From: Massalongia carnosa
Lineage: Eukaryota
Direction: 5' to 3'
Assembly (NCBI GenBank): GCA_965645245.1
Contig: OZ287070.1
Coordinates: forward strand, 2,356,001 to 2,420,000
Length of the DNA stretch: 64,000 nucleotides
Every line of letters starts with the position of its first letter. Within the stretch, counting starts at the first letter, position 1. Position numbers and translations under genes: made by a program. The notes beneath the pieces are model-generated. The model searched no databases, was not told the origin of the DNA, and was given only the letters and a program-made list of their open reading frames with translations. Shown piece by piece: positions 12,863 through 25,700 of this stretch.

Positions 12863-13377
12863 TAACTCGGAAGTGATCGGCCCATGCAGAGGCACTAGAA
12901 ACAGTCCTTTTGATCTCATTTCACCCCATCAAAGCATTGAGTATAATCAATTCTGTGATATATTTTTTTCTCGTACGATCTGAATTGTAACAGGGATGAT
13001 AATAAGTCACCTAAGTTACTGAGCCAAAAGACTACTATGATAATTCTTCTACTTATGAAGACACTACCGCTTATTACATCACAGATAGGTGCTTCCGCGC
13101 CCGGTACATCACTGTACCTACTTAGGCGCTCATGTATTGCGCCCGCTGGCTAGCAGTACTGCGTATCGCTGTAAAAGCGGAAACTTCTCGTGTATAGTAC
13201 TAATGAAGGCGTCGACGAGGCTCATATCGTAAATTTCAGCTCTGATTATGACGAGCACTTCTTTGCGCGTAGTTTTCAGCTGTTTAAAGGTACGTGATGA
13301 TGGCATGATGGATTGAAAGGTGATTGTCTACTTTTCAAAACAAAAAAAATTCTCGCCTATCCGGACACTTCTGACCC

Positions 13378-14669
13378 GCACACGGGGACCAAAAAAGTTG
13401 CGACACCAAAATTTTCACCCCACCAAACTCCTATCAAAACATCGATTTATTTACATCAGAAACTGCTACTAATGACCTGTCATTCTTCCATCACCGTCTA
13501 AAACGTCCTCCAGTCGTCGGGGCATACTTAATACCAAAGAATTAATGAATTCCTGAGAAACATGATCCCTCCAGCCCGTTTGAATGGCCTCAATCGTACT
13601 CTATCATCCCAATGATCTGATTTTGACAGCCATTGTTTTACTGGCTGCCAGCAGTTCTCAATGACGGACAAATCGGGAGATTTGAGAGCATTGAAGTAGT
13701 ACTTTAGCCCATGTTCTTCCTTCCATTTTCGAACGATGTTGTTGTTGTTTGCAGAACTGTGACCAGAATCACAATCTTCTTCCAAAACAAATCGTTCACC
13801 GACCTCGAGACATGGCTTAATAACAGGCTCCAAAATAGAGTCAATATAGACTCGTTGACTCATTTTCCCATTGTTATTTCCTGGAACCTCGTAAAAGTAC
13901 AAATCGGACTTGTAATTCCACCCGACCTTAGCCCAACAATGATAACGTTTTTGCACTGATTCTGGGGTTTCTTTCCCTTCCTGCATACAATCAAAGCAGT
14001 ATCTTTCACCCGGACGACGTATGATTCGTAATTGACGTTGAGGTCCCTGTCCAAAATGCACTTCATCACTGAAACGTACCAGCTTCCAGTCCTCGAGAGT
14101 GTACGTGCATTTCATTTCTCTGGCAAATGTACGTCGTTTGGCACGTATATTCGGAGACAGCCATGTTCTCGTGCATGCTAAACACTTGCGATACTCCAAG
14201 TCCTGCATAGCTCTTAACGGTATGCCAATGTACGTGATTTGCCCTATGAGACCCACTTCCGCAGCTAATTCATGCCACGTTTTAGCTCGTGCTTGTATGC
14301 CTCCATTTTCTATGATCTCCTGCATCTTTTGAATGTACTCAGCTGCTATGAGTTTCTTTCTTCCTCGCGTTATCGGCCTGTTTGAATTGTTATGAAGACG
14401 TCGAGAAGACTCATCTTTGAGCATTGCCCATCCCCTGCTCCGTTCCACTCCAAAATGACGAAAAACGTCGCTTTTGAAATAGGATATGCCGTGCGCGTTG
14501 TCAAATTCGCACACAGCTTGTACTTTGGCTTTAGTAGGTGTAGAGTACTCATGTTGAAAATCATGAGACTCTAACTGAGGTGTTTGTTGACGTTGCATGA
14601 TGATTGAATTGTTTGATGATAAATGAGTTTTGGAAATTTTGGTGTCGCAACTTTTTGGTCCCCGCGTGC
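13378..14669 (-). mobile_element. Tc1-like DNA transposon, 1292 bp, ~36-bp terminal inverted repeats
   Basis: Left TIR is GCACACGGGGACCAAAAAAGTTGCGACACCAAAATTT (13378-13414). The reverse complement of 14634-14669 is GCACGCGGGGACCAAAAAGTTGCGACACCAAAATTT (1 substitution, 1 indel). The TIRs enclose a DDE transposase. Confidence 0.93.
13469..14598 (-). pseudogene. Tc1-family transposase (DD38E) with a 1-nt frameshift near the C-terminus
   Basis: Starts MQRQQTP at 14598. Catalytic motifs are VRFSDEVHF, LEEDCDSGH and SPDLSVIENCW. After HWDD (~13602) the conserved tail STIEAIQTGWRDHVSQEFINSLVLSMPRRLEDVLDGDGRMTGH* is in a different frame. Confidence 0.85.
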
Positions 14670-15528
14670 CCCGCAATCGCTTACAGTACCTTAAATCTAC
14701 AAAAGCTAACTCAATCAAATATCTAAACCCTAGCATATTAGTTCACTTCAGCATTCTTCGGAAAGGGTTTCTCTAGAGGGATTTTGCCAATTCCCAAGGA
14801 TAGGAGGTATTCCAGGATGATGGTGAGATAACTAGATATTATTAAGCAGGAGTTTGTAATACAATAGCCGAAATTTTGCCCGGGAAGATACTCATATTAG
14901 CTTTAATACTGCGAGATAGAGGACGAAATCAGGATTTCCACTTCTTGTTCAAATGCGATTTTTGCAACGATGTAACTAGCTAGCTAGAGTCCATTCAGAA
15001 TAAAAAACTTAGTTGGAACGCTTTGTAGACCTCAAATTCTCTCTGCTTCAAGTCACTTGGCGTTTGAGTAGTTCTACCATGGATTTACCCTTTTCCAACG
15101 TGAATAAGCCAATTGCAATAAATAGATATCACCTAGTGCCACTAATGCTACCGTATTGATAATGATCTCCGTACCTTATTAACAAACCAATTCGCGCCTG
15201 TATCCCGCATTCGCTCACAAAAGGCCAGATATTATGTTTAGATAGATATCCACTTACCTAAGCTCACGGCTTCTTTACAAACAGCGTCACTCTTTTCAAT
15301 ACTGTAGTATATACAGAGACCTCTTTCAATAATTGAGAATCCCGGCTTCTTTGTCTATAAATGCTGGAAGCGAACACAAGTACTCTGTATACAGAGAAGA
15401 ACAGCCTCTTCCGCAAACCTTACAAAACAGTTGACTCGGTCAATTTGGTTGGAAATATGGTTTGATATTTTGCCGTCGCCCTGATTAGTTCAACTTCTCT
15501 CCTCTGCTTCTCTTGAACGAAAGCGAAG

Positions 15529-17307
15529 ATGCCGACTGCGGGAAAGGGGCTCAGTTTCGTAGTCTTCCTATTCTTTGGGCCTGCGTGTGCTAGCATCCAC
15601 GGCGCAGTGGGAACCTCGGCTTCCTTGGATGTTTGCGCGGTATTTCTAGGATATCCTTATAGTTTCTCAATAAACCTGACGTGTTACTAGATAAATCCCA
15701 AAGCAATCGTCTCTGACGCCTGTGCTTCGTATTCTACCCTTGATTCCCTAAATAGCGCTCTCTCGCCTTCTCTGAAAGCTATAACACAGTCAACTGATTT
15801 CTTCGCCTACTATCGCCTTAATCTCTATGATCAGATTTGCCCAGTCCGTGCGTGGGATGATGATACTGGTACATGTGGCAATATCGCCTGTAAAGTCGAT
15901 ACCCTGGAGGATGAAAAGGACATACCGTTAATCTGGAGAGTGAAAGAACTAAGTAAACTGGAAGGGCCAAAGGCTGCACATCCAGGGCGGCAGTTGCAAG
16001 AGGAGAGGGGTCCCGAAAAACCGTTACAAGGGACGCTGGGAGAAAATGTAGGGGAGAGCTGTGTAGTGGAATATGATGATGAATGCGACCAACGAGATTA
16101 TTGTGTACCTGAAGACGAGAGTGCAACCGCCAAGGGTGATTATGTTAGTCTAGTGGATAATCCGGAGCGATTCACAGGTTACGCTGGAAGAGATGTCTGG
16201 GATGCAATTTATCGAGAAAACTGCTTCTCGAAGGACATGCCCATTACCACCTTACCAGGCAGTTCGGGATCGTTCGGGTTTTTTCAGGCAGCCAATGACC
16301 TGCGCACCGTGATCCAAGCTGGATCTCCTTCTTCAGAGCTCATATTCGACGACGAATGCCTTGAAAAGCGAGTATTTCATCGCATTATAAGTGGTATGCA
16401 TGCGTCAATTTCTACACATATCTGTAACGACTATCTGAATCAAACAACCGGAGAATGGGGCCCAAATCTTCAATGCTTCCAAGATCGTCTCGCTTCCCAT
16501 TCCGAACGGGTATCCAACCTTTACTTTAATTACGCCCTACTTCTTCGCTCTGTCACCAAGCTGCGAACTTACCTCAAAAATTATACCTTCTGCTCTGGTG
16601 ACTTAGACCAAGATGCTTCTACGAAATCCAAAGTCCTCCGTTTGGCAGATAGAGCAGCAGCTCATCCTGCTATCTTCGACGAAACCACCATGTTTCAAGA
16701 TCCTATTGTGAGCGTAGATCTCAAGGAAGATTTCCGTCAGCGTTTCCGTAACGTCAGCCGCTTGATGGATTGTGTTGGGTGCGACAAATGCCGGCTCTGG
16801 GGTAAGCTGCAAACGGTAGGATACGGCACTGCGTTGAAAGTTCTGTTTGAGTTTGATGAGACTAAAAACGGCGAAAACCCGCCTCTACGGAGGACCGAGT
16901 TAGTGGCGCTGGTGAATACACTGGACCGAGTGTCTAGCAGCCTGACCGCTTTGGGTCGACTGAGAGATTTAGCTCAGGATGCTTCAGCAGCGCAGAAAGG
17001 GGCTAAAACTAGGCAAAGGAAAGCAACCAAAGCCGCCATTGATTTCGAAGTCATCGATCTTTCCGATGATGATGACGAGAATTATACCATCCCAGCTGTT
17101 GAAGAAGGTATCCTGGATGCCGTCTTGGAGGAGTGGTACCTTGTGTGGCGGGTCTTTGCTTTTGTCATTAGAAGCTGGATCAACCTCCCGGGGAAGATTT
17201 TCAAAATATGCATCATGGAAATGAGTCGTTTATGGTCATATTGGCTTGGGTTGCCAATTGAGGAGCGGAGTTGGGAGATTCATCTTCCCACAAGAGATGA
17301 GCTGTAA
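15529..17307 (+). CDS. ERO1: Endoplasmic reticulum oxidoreductin 1
   Basis: Signal-peptide exon, then intron 15640-15690. Motifs include TDFFAYYRLNL, YVSLVDNPERFTGY, CLEKRVFHRIISGMHASIS and the active-site CVGCDKCRLWGKLQ (CxxCxxC). The protein ends in RDEL. Confidence 0.96.
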
Positions 17308-17666
17308 GTATTCACGCGGTAACTGGTGATGCATTTAGCGAGAGCATGGCGACGGCGTTCGTCGATTTCTTTTTCAAAGGGAATTTGGAGCATATTTAGC
17401 GTACAGTAAATGGGCTGTTTTTATACCTACACCTTTGGAAAACTCTAGCTAGCCAGGAAGAGTAAGTCTAACTACTCTACTTAATACAACTAGACTGGGA
17501 TACTGGATACCTAATGAGCTTAGTAGTGACTTATCGATTCAGCTGTCGAAATAACGAAGTGCTCGAGCCTCGGTTAAATATCTTTCTTGATGCCCACGAA
17601 CTTTTAGTTTTCATCAAAGAGTATTTGTCGTAGTCATTCTTTATTGGGGGTTTAAACTGAGTAGGA

Positions 17667-20600
17667 ATGCCAAGGAAAACCGTGTATGTATTTGGTTCTT
17701 AATCAACCATATCTTGTAAAATAAATCTAATGACAACCTAGTGATTCGCGGATTCCCGCTCTCGTTCGCAATGGAGTGCAGGTATTTGAAGCTTGAGCAG
17801 CTGCTTGATCGACCTGGTCTATTTACTCACGATGACTCGCTTAGGAGAAGAAACGCAGCTTCATCGTCGTCGTGGGGGATCGGGCCAAAGATGTCATCGT
17901 CCACCTACACTATATCATGTCAAGCGTGGATATCAAGCAAAACAAATCGGTACTTTGGGCATACAAGAAAGACTTGCTCGGATTCACAAGGTATGAACTT
18001 GAGGTTTCCAATTGGTATCGCACACTAATTCACTCATATTTAGTCATCGAAAGAAACGGGAAAATAAAATAAGGAAAGACATCAAGCGGGGGATACGCGA
18101 AGCTAACTCGGAGGATCCATTTGAGTTATTTTTGGCTATACATAATATTCGCTATGTCTATTATAAAGAAACGGAGAAGATACTTGGAAATACATTTGGA
18201 ATGTGCATATTACAAGACTTCGAAGCCATTACCCCGAACTTATTGGCTAGGACAGTTGAGACAGTGGAGGGCGGAGGACTCGTGCTTCTTCTGCTTAAGG
18301 GGATGACAAGCTTGAAGCAGCTATACACTTTATCCATGGATATCCACTCGAGATACAGAACAGAGGCGCATGATGATGTTACTGCTCGATTCAATGAGCG
18401 TTTCGTCCTTTCGTTGGGAAGCTGCGATTCTTGTTTATTTGTTGATGATGAACTCAATGTTCTACCCATCTCAGGAGGTAAAGATGTGAAGCCACTGCCT
18501 CCTCCAGATCCAGATGACGAAGGAAACTCGAAATCGAAGAAAGAGTTAGATGGAATTAAGGACAGTTTGGTAGATTCTCAACCGATTGGCGCTTTGGTGC
18601 AGCTTGCTCGTACTGTGGACCAAGCGAAAGCTCTTCTTACTTTTGTTGATGTCATTGCAGAAAAAACCTTGCGAAGCACTGTTACTTTAACAGCAGCAAG
18701 AGGGCGAGGGAAATCTGCAGCGCTCGGGGTAGCAATTGCAGCTGCCATAGCTCATGGATATAGCAATATCTTCATTACCTCGCCTAGTCCTGAGAATTTG
18801 AAAACGTTATTTGAATTTGTATTCAAAGGTTTTGATGCACTCAATTATCTGGACCATGTTGATTATACAATCATCCAGTCAAACAATCCAGATTTCAACA
18901 AAGCGATAGTGCGAGTGAATGTTCATCGACAGCATAGGCAAACGATTCAGTATATTAAGCCTGAAGATGCTTACGCATTAGGCCAGGCCGAGCTTCTTGT
19001 CATCGATGAAGCAGCTGCGATACCACTTCCCTTGGTAAGAAAGCTAATGGGCCCATATCTAGTCTTTATGGCTTCTACGATCAATGGTTATGAAGGCACC
19101 GGTAGATCATTATCCTTGAAGCTGATACAGCAGCTACGTGAGAATTCAAGAGTCATTTCCAAATCAGATGGTCCCAAGAGGGTCGATGCCACAGATCGAT
19201 CTAACGGCATCTTTGCGAAGAACGGCGAGAATGCCCATGCGAAGGGTCGAGCTTTACGAGAAATCACATTGTCAGAGCCAATTCGGTACGCCCAAGGGGA
19301 TTCTGTCGAAAAATGGCTGAACAAAGTGCTGTGCCTTGATGCAACGCTACCTTCTTCGGTGCTCAATATTCAAGGATGCCCCCATCCTTCCAAATGCGAG
19401 CTTCTGCATGTCAACCGTGATACCTTGTTTTCCTTTCATCCAGTATCAGAAAAGTTTCTTCAGCAAATGATTGCATTATACGTTGCAAGCCATTACAAAA
19501 ACTCTCCAAATGACCTCCAGCTCATGAGCGATGCTCCCGCCCACCAGTTGTTTGTTTTAGTGCCTCCTATTGATGATGACACCCAGCGATTGCCCGAGCC
19601 GCTTTGCGTTATCCAAGTTGCTCTAGAAGGCCAGATCAGTAAATCCACTGTTCTAAATAGCTTAAGCAGAGGGCAGCGAGCAGGTGGAGATCTAATACCA
19701 TGGCTTGTCAGCCAGCAGTTCCAAGACGAGGAGTTTGCTGGCCTTTCGGGCGCGCGAATTGTTCGAATCGCCACAAATCCAGAATACATCAGCATGGGCT
19801 ACGGGAGCCAGGCTTTAAAATGCCTAATTGATTTCTATGAGGGCAAATTTCCAAATATATCCGAAACTGAAAGTTCAGAGGTCGAGGAAATGGTTCGCGT
19901 TACAGATGCTGAACTTGAGCAATCAACCCTCCTCTCCGAGAACATCAAAGTCCGCGATATTCACAGTATGCCTCCCTTATTCTCGAAAATCTCCGAACGT
20001 CGACCTCAACCTCTGGACTACCTAGGCGTCAGTTTTGGCCTCACTGCTCCACTGCACAAATTCTGGAAACGCGCCTTATTCGCTCCAGTCTACCTTCGGC
20101 AAACGCCAAATGACCTGACAGGAGAGCACTCATGCGTTATGCTACGCACGCTCTCTAATGGCGTAAATGACAGCGCTTGGCTTGGCGCCTTCACCCGCGA
20201 TTTCCATAAACGTTTCCTCTCTCTTCTTTCCTACCAATTTCGTGCCTTTCCCTCCGTTCTCGCTCTCAGCATCAACGAGTCTGCCAACGCAGGCTCTAAA
20301 CTGAACCCGTCAACTCCTGCGCAGCCGCTCACGAAAGCTGAACTTGATGCCTCCTTTTCCCCGTTTGACCTTAACCGTCTGGACAGCTACGCTAATAATA
20401 TGCTCGATTACCATGTCATCCTTGACATGATCCCGCAGATCGCCCTGCTCCAGTTTACAGGTCGGCTTGCGCCCGCCATCTCCGTCACAGGTGTGCAGTC
20501 GGCGCTACTGCTCGCAATAGGCCTGCAGCGCAAGGTGCTGGAGGATGTAGAGAAGGAGCTTGGCCTGCCGGCTAGCCAGCTGCTGGCTATGTTTGTGAGG

Positions 20601-21195
20601 ATTGTCAGGAAGGTGGCGGGCTATTTCCGGTCGTTGGTTGAAGGGGCGGTTGTGGAGTCAATGCCGGTTCCTGATCTGCCAGCGAAGGATGGGATGGAGG
20701 AGGATGAGAAAGGTCGAAGATTTACGCCGCTGAAGAAGGGATTAGATGACGAGCTGAGGGAGGGTGGCGCGGAGGTGGACCGAGAATTTAAGGAGAAACA
20801 GAAAGCGCTAATTGACGCCTTGCCGTTGGATAAGTAAGTACGTCTTCTTGACTTTTGTGGAGCCCTTGTTTTGTCATCCATTTCCCAAGTCTTTTTCAAA
20901 CCAGCGGGATGGAAAACAAGGAATCTTCTCTAGATCTTAATTTCACCAGTTTCTCATGCAAAGTAGGTACGAAATCCAATCCGGCGCCGCCGGGTGGGAG
21001 GACGCGGAAAAGCAAATCCAGCGGGCAGTGCAGGCCAAGGGAGCCAAAGATGGTGTGACGGTGAGCGTGCGGTCCGTCAAGGGGAAGCGGAAAGGAGGGG
21101 AGACGGCAGAGGAGGTATACAGAGAGGAGATTGGCGATCGAGAAGCGAAACGACTGAGGAAGGGTATGAGTAAGAACAAGACGGGCCGTGGGTGA
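17667..21195 (+). CDS. KRE33: RNA cytidine acetyltransferase (18S rRNA/tRNA ac4C)
   Basis: N-terminus MPRKTVDSRIPALVRNGVQEKKRSFIVVVGD is assembled across three introns. P-loop AARGRGKSAALG, LLVIDEAAAIP, STINGYEGTGRSL and GNAT segment RIVRIATNP are present. The last intron is ~20834-20966. Confidence 0.97.
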
Positions 21196-21385
21196 TGTAT
21201 CATTCTAGACTTTGCTGGAGGATTGATAATGCCAAGATTGAAGATATCAAATACCAAAGTTAGACGAGACCATGAACTGGATTAACTTGGTATCACACGT
21301 CTTCTTTTCGGTTTAGTGAAGCGATATAGAATTGCTTGTAGATACATAGGTGCTTGCAGAGGACAGATACCTGGTTACCTCAACC

Positions 21386-22363
21386 TCACAAGTAATTCCC
21401 GCCCGCGAACCTAGACCCAAAATCTGCTGCCCGCGTGAGCAGCTCCTTCTTCTGCGCATGCCCGATCTTCAGCCCGCCGCCAATATCCTTTTCCTTGTCG
21501 AAGGCCCGCTTGCTTGGATTATCTTCCTTCTCCTTTGGCACAGTTTTTTTGTGCGCGCTATAGAGGGACATGCTACGATTTTGTTCCTGATCCGATCCCC
21601 CAAAGGAGATCATTAGCCGCAAGATTCCGCTTCGAAAGTTATCTAACTCGGAGGAACGGAAGGGAGAGCTCACGTTATACTCCCTGATCCGTCGTCCCGT
21701 CTCCACACTCTCCTTCTCCCGCTTCAACAACTCTGCCTCCACCACTTCTCCACCTAGCTGCGCCGGTCTCTTCACGCCCATAATCTCATCCTCTAGCCGC
21801 TGCCTCTTCTGCTCCGGCGTTTCCGTCCACACCGCGCTTAACTCCCCGCTCCCCGGTGCTCCTCCTGGCCCGCCGGTTTTCGGCATTGGAGCCTTTGAGC
21901 CCTTACCCGTGTTGAATTTGCGGTTGCGCAGTTTCGTGGGGTCAACGCGCGAGGTCCAGTCGCCCGACGTAGGCGGGACAAGCATCCATTCTTCGCGTTG
22001 GGGTTTGGACGAAAGCTTTGCCGCGGCGGCGTCCGCGGCGGAGTCAAAAGGATCTTGTTGGCGCTGGTTTTCTAAGGAATTAGGGTCGTGGGTAGGAAGC
22101 GAGGGGCCGAACTCATCGTCTGAGGAGGACGGGGGGGTGTTGGTAGGAGTGTTCACGGCACTTGGGGGAAATTCTGTAAGAGGAGCGGGGGGGAGAGAGG
22201 GGCCGAGAATACGACGGCGCTTGGAGCTGGAGGATGGGGCCGGGCTAGGGGATTGGCTAGGAGGGCTAGGTGGGGGGTTTGTGGTTGCTTGTTCTTCGTC
22301 TTCTTGTTGGCGTTTGCGCTTAGCGAGGAGGTGAGGGGGGAGCTCTGGTCCTACGGTGGACAT
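21386..22363 (-). CDS. DUF3752 / GPALPP-motif protein
   Basis: MSTVGPELPPHL, GPSLPP repeats, REEWMLVPP, WTETPEQKRQRL and KRAFDKEKD. One in-frame intron is likely at ~21588-21674. Confidence 0.88.
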   Translation of the reverse strand: MSTVGPELPPHLLAKRKRQQEDEEQATTNPPPSPPSQSPSPAPSSSSKRRRILGPSLPPAPLTEFPPSAVNTPTNTPPSSSDDEFGPSLPTHDPNSLENQRQQDPFDSAADAAAAKLSSKPQREEWMLVPPTSGDWTSRVDPTKLRNRKFNTGKGSKAPMPKTGGPGGAPGSGELSAVWTETPEQKRQRLEDEIMGVKRPAQLGGEVVEAELLKREKESVETGRRIREYNVSSPFRSSELDNFRSGILRLMISFGGSDQEQNRSMSLYSAHKKTVPKEKEDNPSKRAFDKEKDIGGGLKIGHAQKKELLTRAADFGSRFAGGNYL

Positions 22364-22725
22364 TTTGGTAGTATGGGAACGTAGAGAAAATCTGATTGGG
22401 AGATTGAGCAAGGGAAGAAACGGTTTAGGCTTATTGTTGACGAATATTCAATCGAAAGAAAAGGTAGCTATTTAAAATATGACTGTTGGGTAGAGACTTG
22501 AATGTCAAACTTTCGCGATGCTTGGCAGCGCTTGTCCTACCGACCACGCCGCAGACCACGCATGCGCGCCACTCTATGAAGGCTTGAAGAACTTGGCATC
22601 ATTTGTTTCTGCCTAATACTGTAAGCAACATGTTTCAGGACTGATTAGAACTTAATTACTCTGAGGGAGGTCCCAGAAGCTCTGATGACACGCGTGGGAG
22701 AAATGAGGTCTTTCAGACGGCTCCG

Positions 22726-25700
22726 ATGAGCACTGTTCAGGATGAGGCCGAACTTGGTCCTGCGCAATCTACGAGTGACGAGGAGAGCGAGGACGAACGA
22801 GAGTTTGACAATAATGAGCTTGAAGTCGTGCTGACTAGCCCAGACCAGACCGTTAAATCCCCAGGCAAGGTGGACACGGATGACAATATCTTAGAAGTTC
22901 CAGGTGCACGCCTTCAGGGCGATCAAACATGCGATCTCGATACACAAGTCAAATTGAAATCAACTTCTTCTCTAGCTTTGGCGAGACCATCAAGTGCTGA
23001 TGGATCTCTTTCAATTCCCGATGACACCCCATCCATTCAGGTATCAGAATCTTCCACCGATGCTGCTAGATGGTCACTGATCGGAATAGGGGTCTAAAGC
23101 ATCTTCTCCAAGCCGGCGTGCACGTCTATCTATATATTCTAGGAGCCCTACACCTTCAGTACGCCCCTTTGATCGACGTTTTCAAGCACGCACCCCCCCC
23201 TCCCCTCTGAACTCGTCGCGAGCTGTTTCGCCCGCGTTTCTGAATCCACATTCTCGTCAACCATCCTTGGCGAGTCAGATATTTCGCAATGTCGGCGATA
23301 CAGAACTTCCACAGGCGCCGTGGGAGGTAGTAAGATGGACCAAGCTTAGAAAGATTACTGGGCAAGCGTTCTCGGAGGTTGGAAGGCGGAATCTCGGCAG
23401 GCCTACATGTATCACGGTTTCGGCGACGATTGCATTAGGAACCTCAAAGGGCCTTATACTCGTCTTCGATTACAACCAGAATCTCAAATGGATAATTGGC
23501 TCCAGCACAAAAGGTAATAGTCTTTTTAGAGGGGGATGTAGAGCTATGAGGGCTAATGTTATCATCCATAGCCGTGGAATCAGGAGCTGTGACTGCTATC
23601 AGCACATCTGCAGACCATACAATTATAGCCGGCGGACACGCTTCGGGAAATATTTTTACTTGGGACATTGCAAGCCCGGCAAAGCCCTTCTTACACATTC
23701 CACCTGCCGACCGGGGGCAAAGTCCTGAAAGCGATGGGCACGGCTCAGATGCTGCGGTGCTACATGTTGGTTTTCTTGGGACAAGGCATACTGCGCTTGT
23801 GTCGGCCGATGATAAAGGAATGGCGTTTTCGCATCTTGCCACCAGAGGCATGGGAGCCGTTTCCCGAAATGTGCGAACGACCCGTATCCTTGGGCGTTAT
23901 CCTGAAGCCCTACCGAGTGCGATGCGTCAAAGAAAACCAAGCTCGGTGTTGGCTTTCTCACCCTTACCATTGGGTAATGCGGAGCATTCATCAGACGCTA
24001 TGGGTTTGGTAGCAATGGTAACGCCATATTTATTGGTTATTGTTTCCACTACACCAGTAGCACAGACTCAGTATAAGACACCAAGACCAAAGGAAGTAGC
24101 AGCACATGGGGCCATGAGTGCTGCCTTGGCCTGGTTTCCCAGTGTAAAGCTCAAACCCCAGAACGCAGCCAACCCCGAGAAATCATCAAGAGTGAAGTTG
24201 GTCTATTGCTGGTCCAACATCCTCACTGTTTTAGAAGTGGTCGAGGCAGAGTCTTCGGAGTTTAGTACTAAAGGAGAACCTGCAAGCCTGCAATTCAGGC
24301 TACGTAGCAGATGGAAATCCCCGGAGGCTATCGTTGGCTTACAATGGCTGAGTCGATCTGTTCTGGCTGTACTGACAATCACCCAGCAACTTATCATGTT
24401 GGAAGACAATTTGTTACAAGTCACGGATTCCTCGGATTTGATCCAGAAGCATATCTATCATGTAGATTTGTTTTCACGACAGTTAAACCCACTTGTGGAC
24501 CAGTTAGATGGAGAGGATGTTTCAATGCATGGAGTGGTTGCTGACGCTTTTTATATGAGCTTCAGAGCATATAAGGGGCGGTTGTTCCTGTTAGGGTACA
24601 ACGAGATCTCATTTGGCATCTTGTCTAACTGGGCTGATCGTTTGCTCGCGTTAATGGAGCAGGGCGATTTTATAAGGGCAATCCAGCTTGCAACTTCATA
24701 CTACAACGGCCAGGCCGACAAGTTGACTGTTGGTCTCCCAGAAGATGATGAATCCCGGCATAAGCTAGTACGAGAGAAACTACTGGAGATGATGTCCGCG
24801 TCTCTCAGGTATGCTTTTGGCAAGAACGTGGAGGCAAAAACCAGACGGGTCGACCAAATCCAGCTTGAAGAACTCGCCTCGGCATGCCTTGACGCATGTA
24901 TTAGTATGGTCGAGTTTGAATTCTTGTTTGATGATGCTTACGCTTGGTATCAAGCTGGCAAAGCAGGGGTTATATTTCTTGAGGCTTTAGAATCTCACAT
25001 CATAGCTGGTGAAGTCGAGATTGTACCTCCATCGGTTATCAAAGACTTGATAGGTCATTACATGGCTAAGGGGATGGAGAAGCGCCTTGAGGAAATGCTT
25101 TGCAACCTAGATTCCCGCACAATGGACATAGATCAGATCACTTCGCTCTGCAAGAAAAACAAACTGTTTGATGCGCTATTCTATGTTTGGAACCAGGCCT
25201 TGGGTGACTACACTACTATCTTGCTTGATTTGCTGGATTCAGTTTCACAGCCAAATGGCGTCCATGCAGAATCTATTACCATTGAACCGACAAGTAGTAG
25301 TACGAAGATATTTCCATACATGTCATATGTACTCACAGGCCGGGCCTATCCCACGGGAAGACCGATGCCAGAGCACAGTGCACTCGCTGCTAAAGCCGAG
25401 ATCTATCACTTCTTCTTCTCTGGTCGCAGTCATGACTTCACACGCCAATCTCGGAATGCTGATAGGGCAAGCACCTTTCCAAACTTGCGGAAGATCCTCG
25501 ACTTTGATGCCCCAAGTTTTCTTAGCATGTTGAACGAGGCTTTTGAAGATGCGTTCCTGAACGGCTCTCATGATCGAGTTATTGAGGAGAGAGTAGGGCA
25601 ATTAACCGAAGAGCAGATTTTTGGTCTCTCGGTCAATCGGCAATGGATTGTCAGCATTCTTCTTGAGATAATGACACCGCCGAACTATCAAGCTGAAGAC

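Noticed and set aside
14599..14736. N-terminal extension of the 402-aa transposase ORF
   Set aside because: It runs through and beyond the TIR, so the real start is probably the ATG at 14598.
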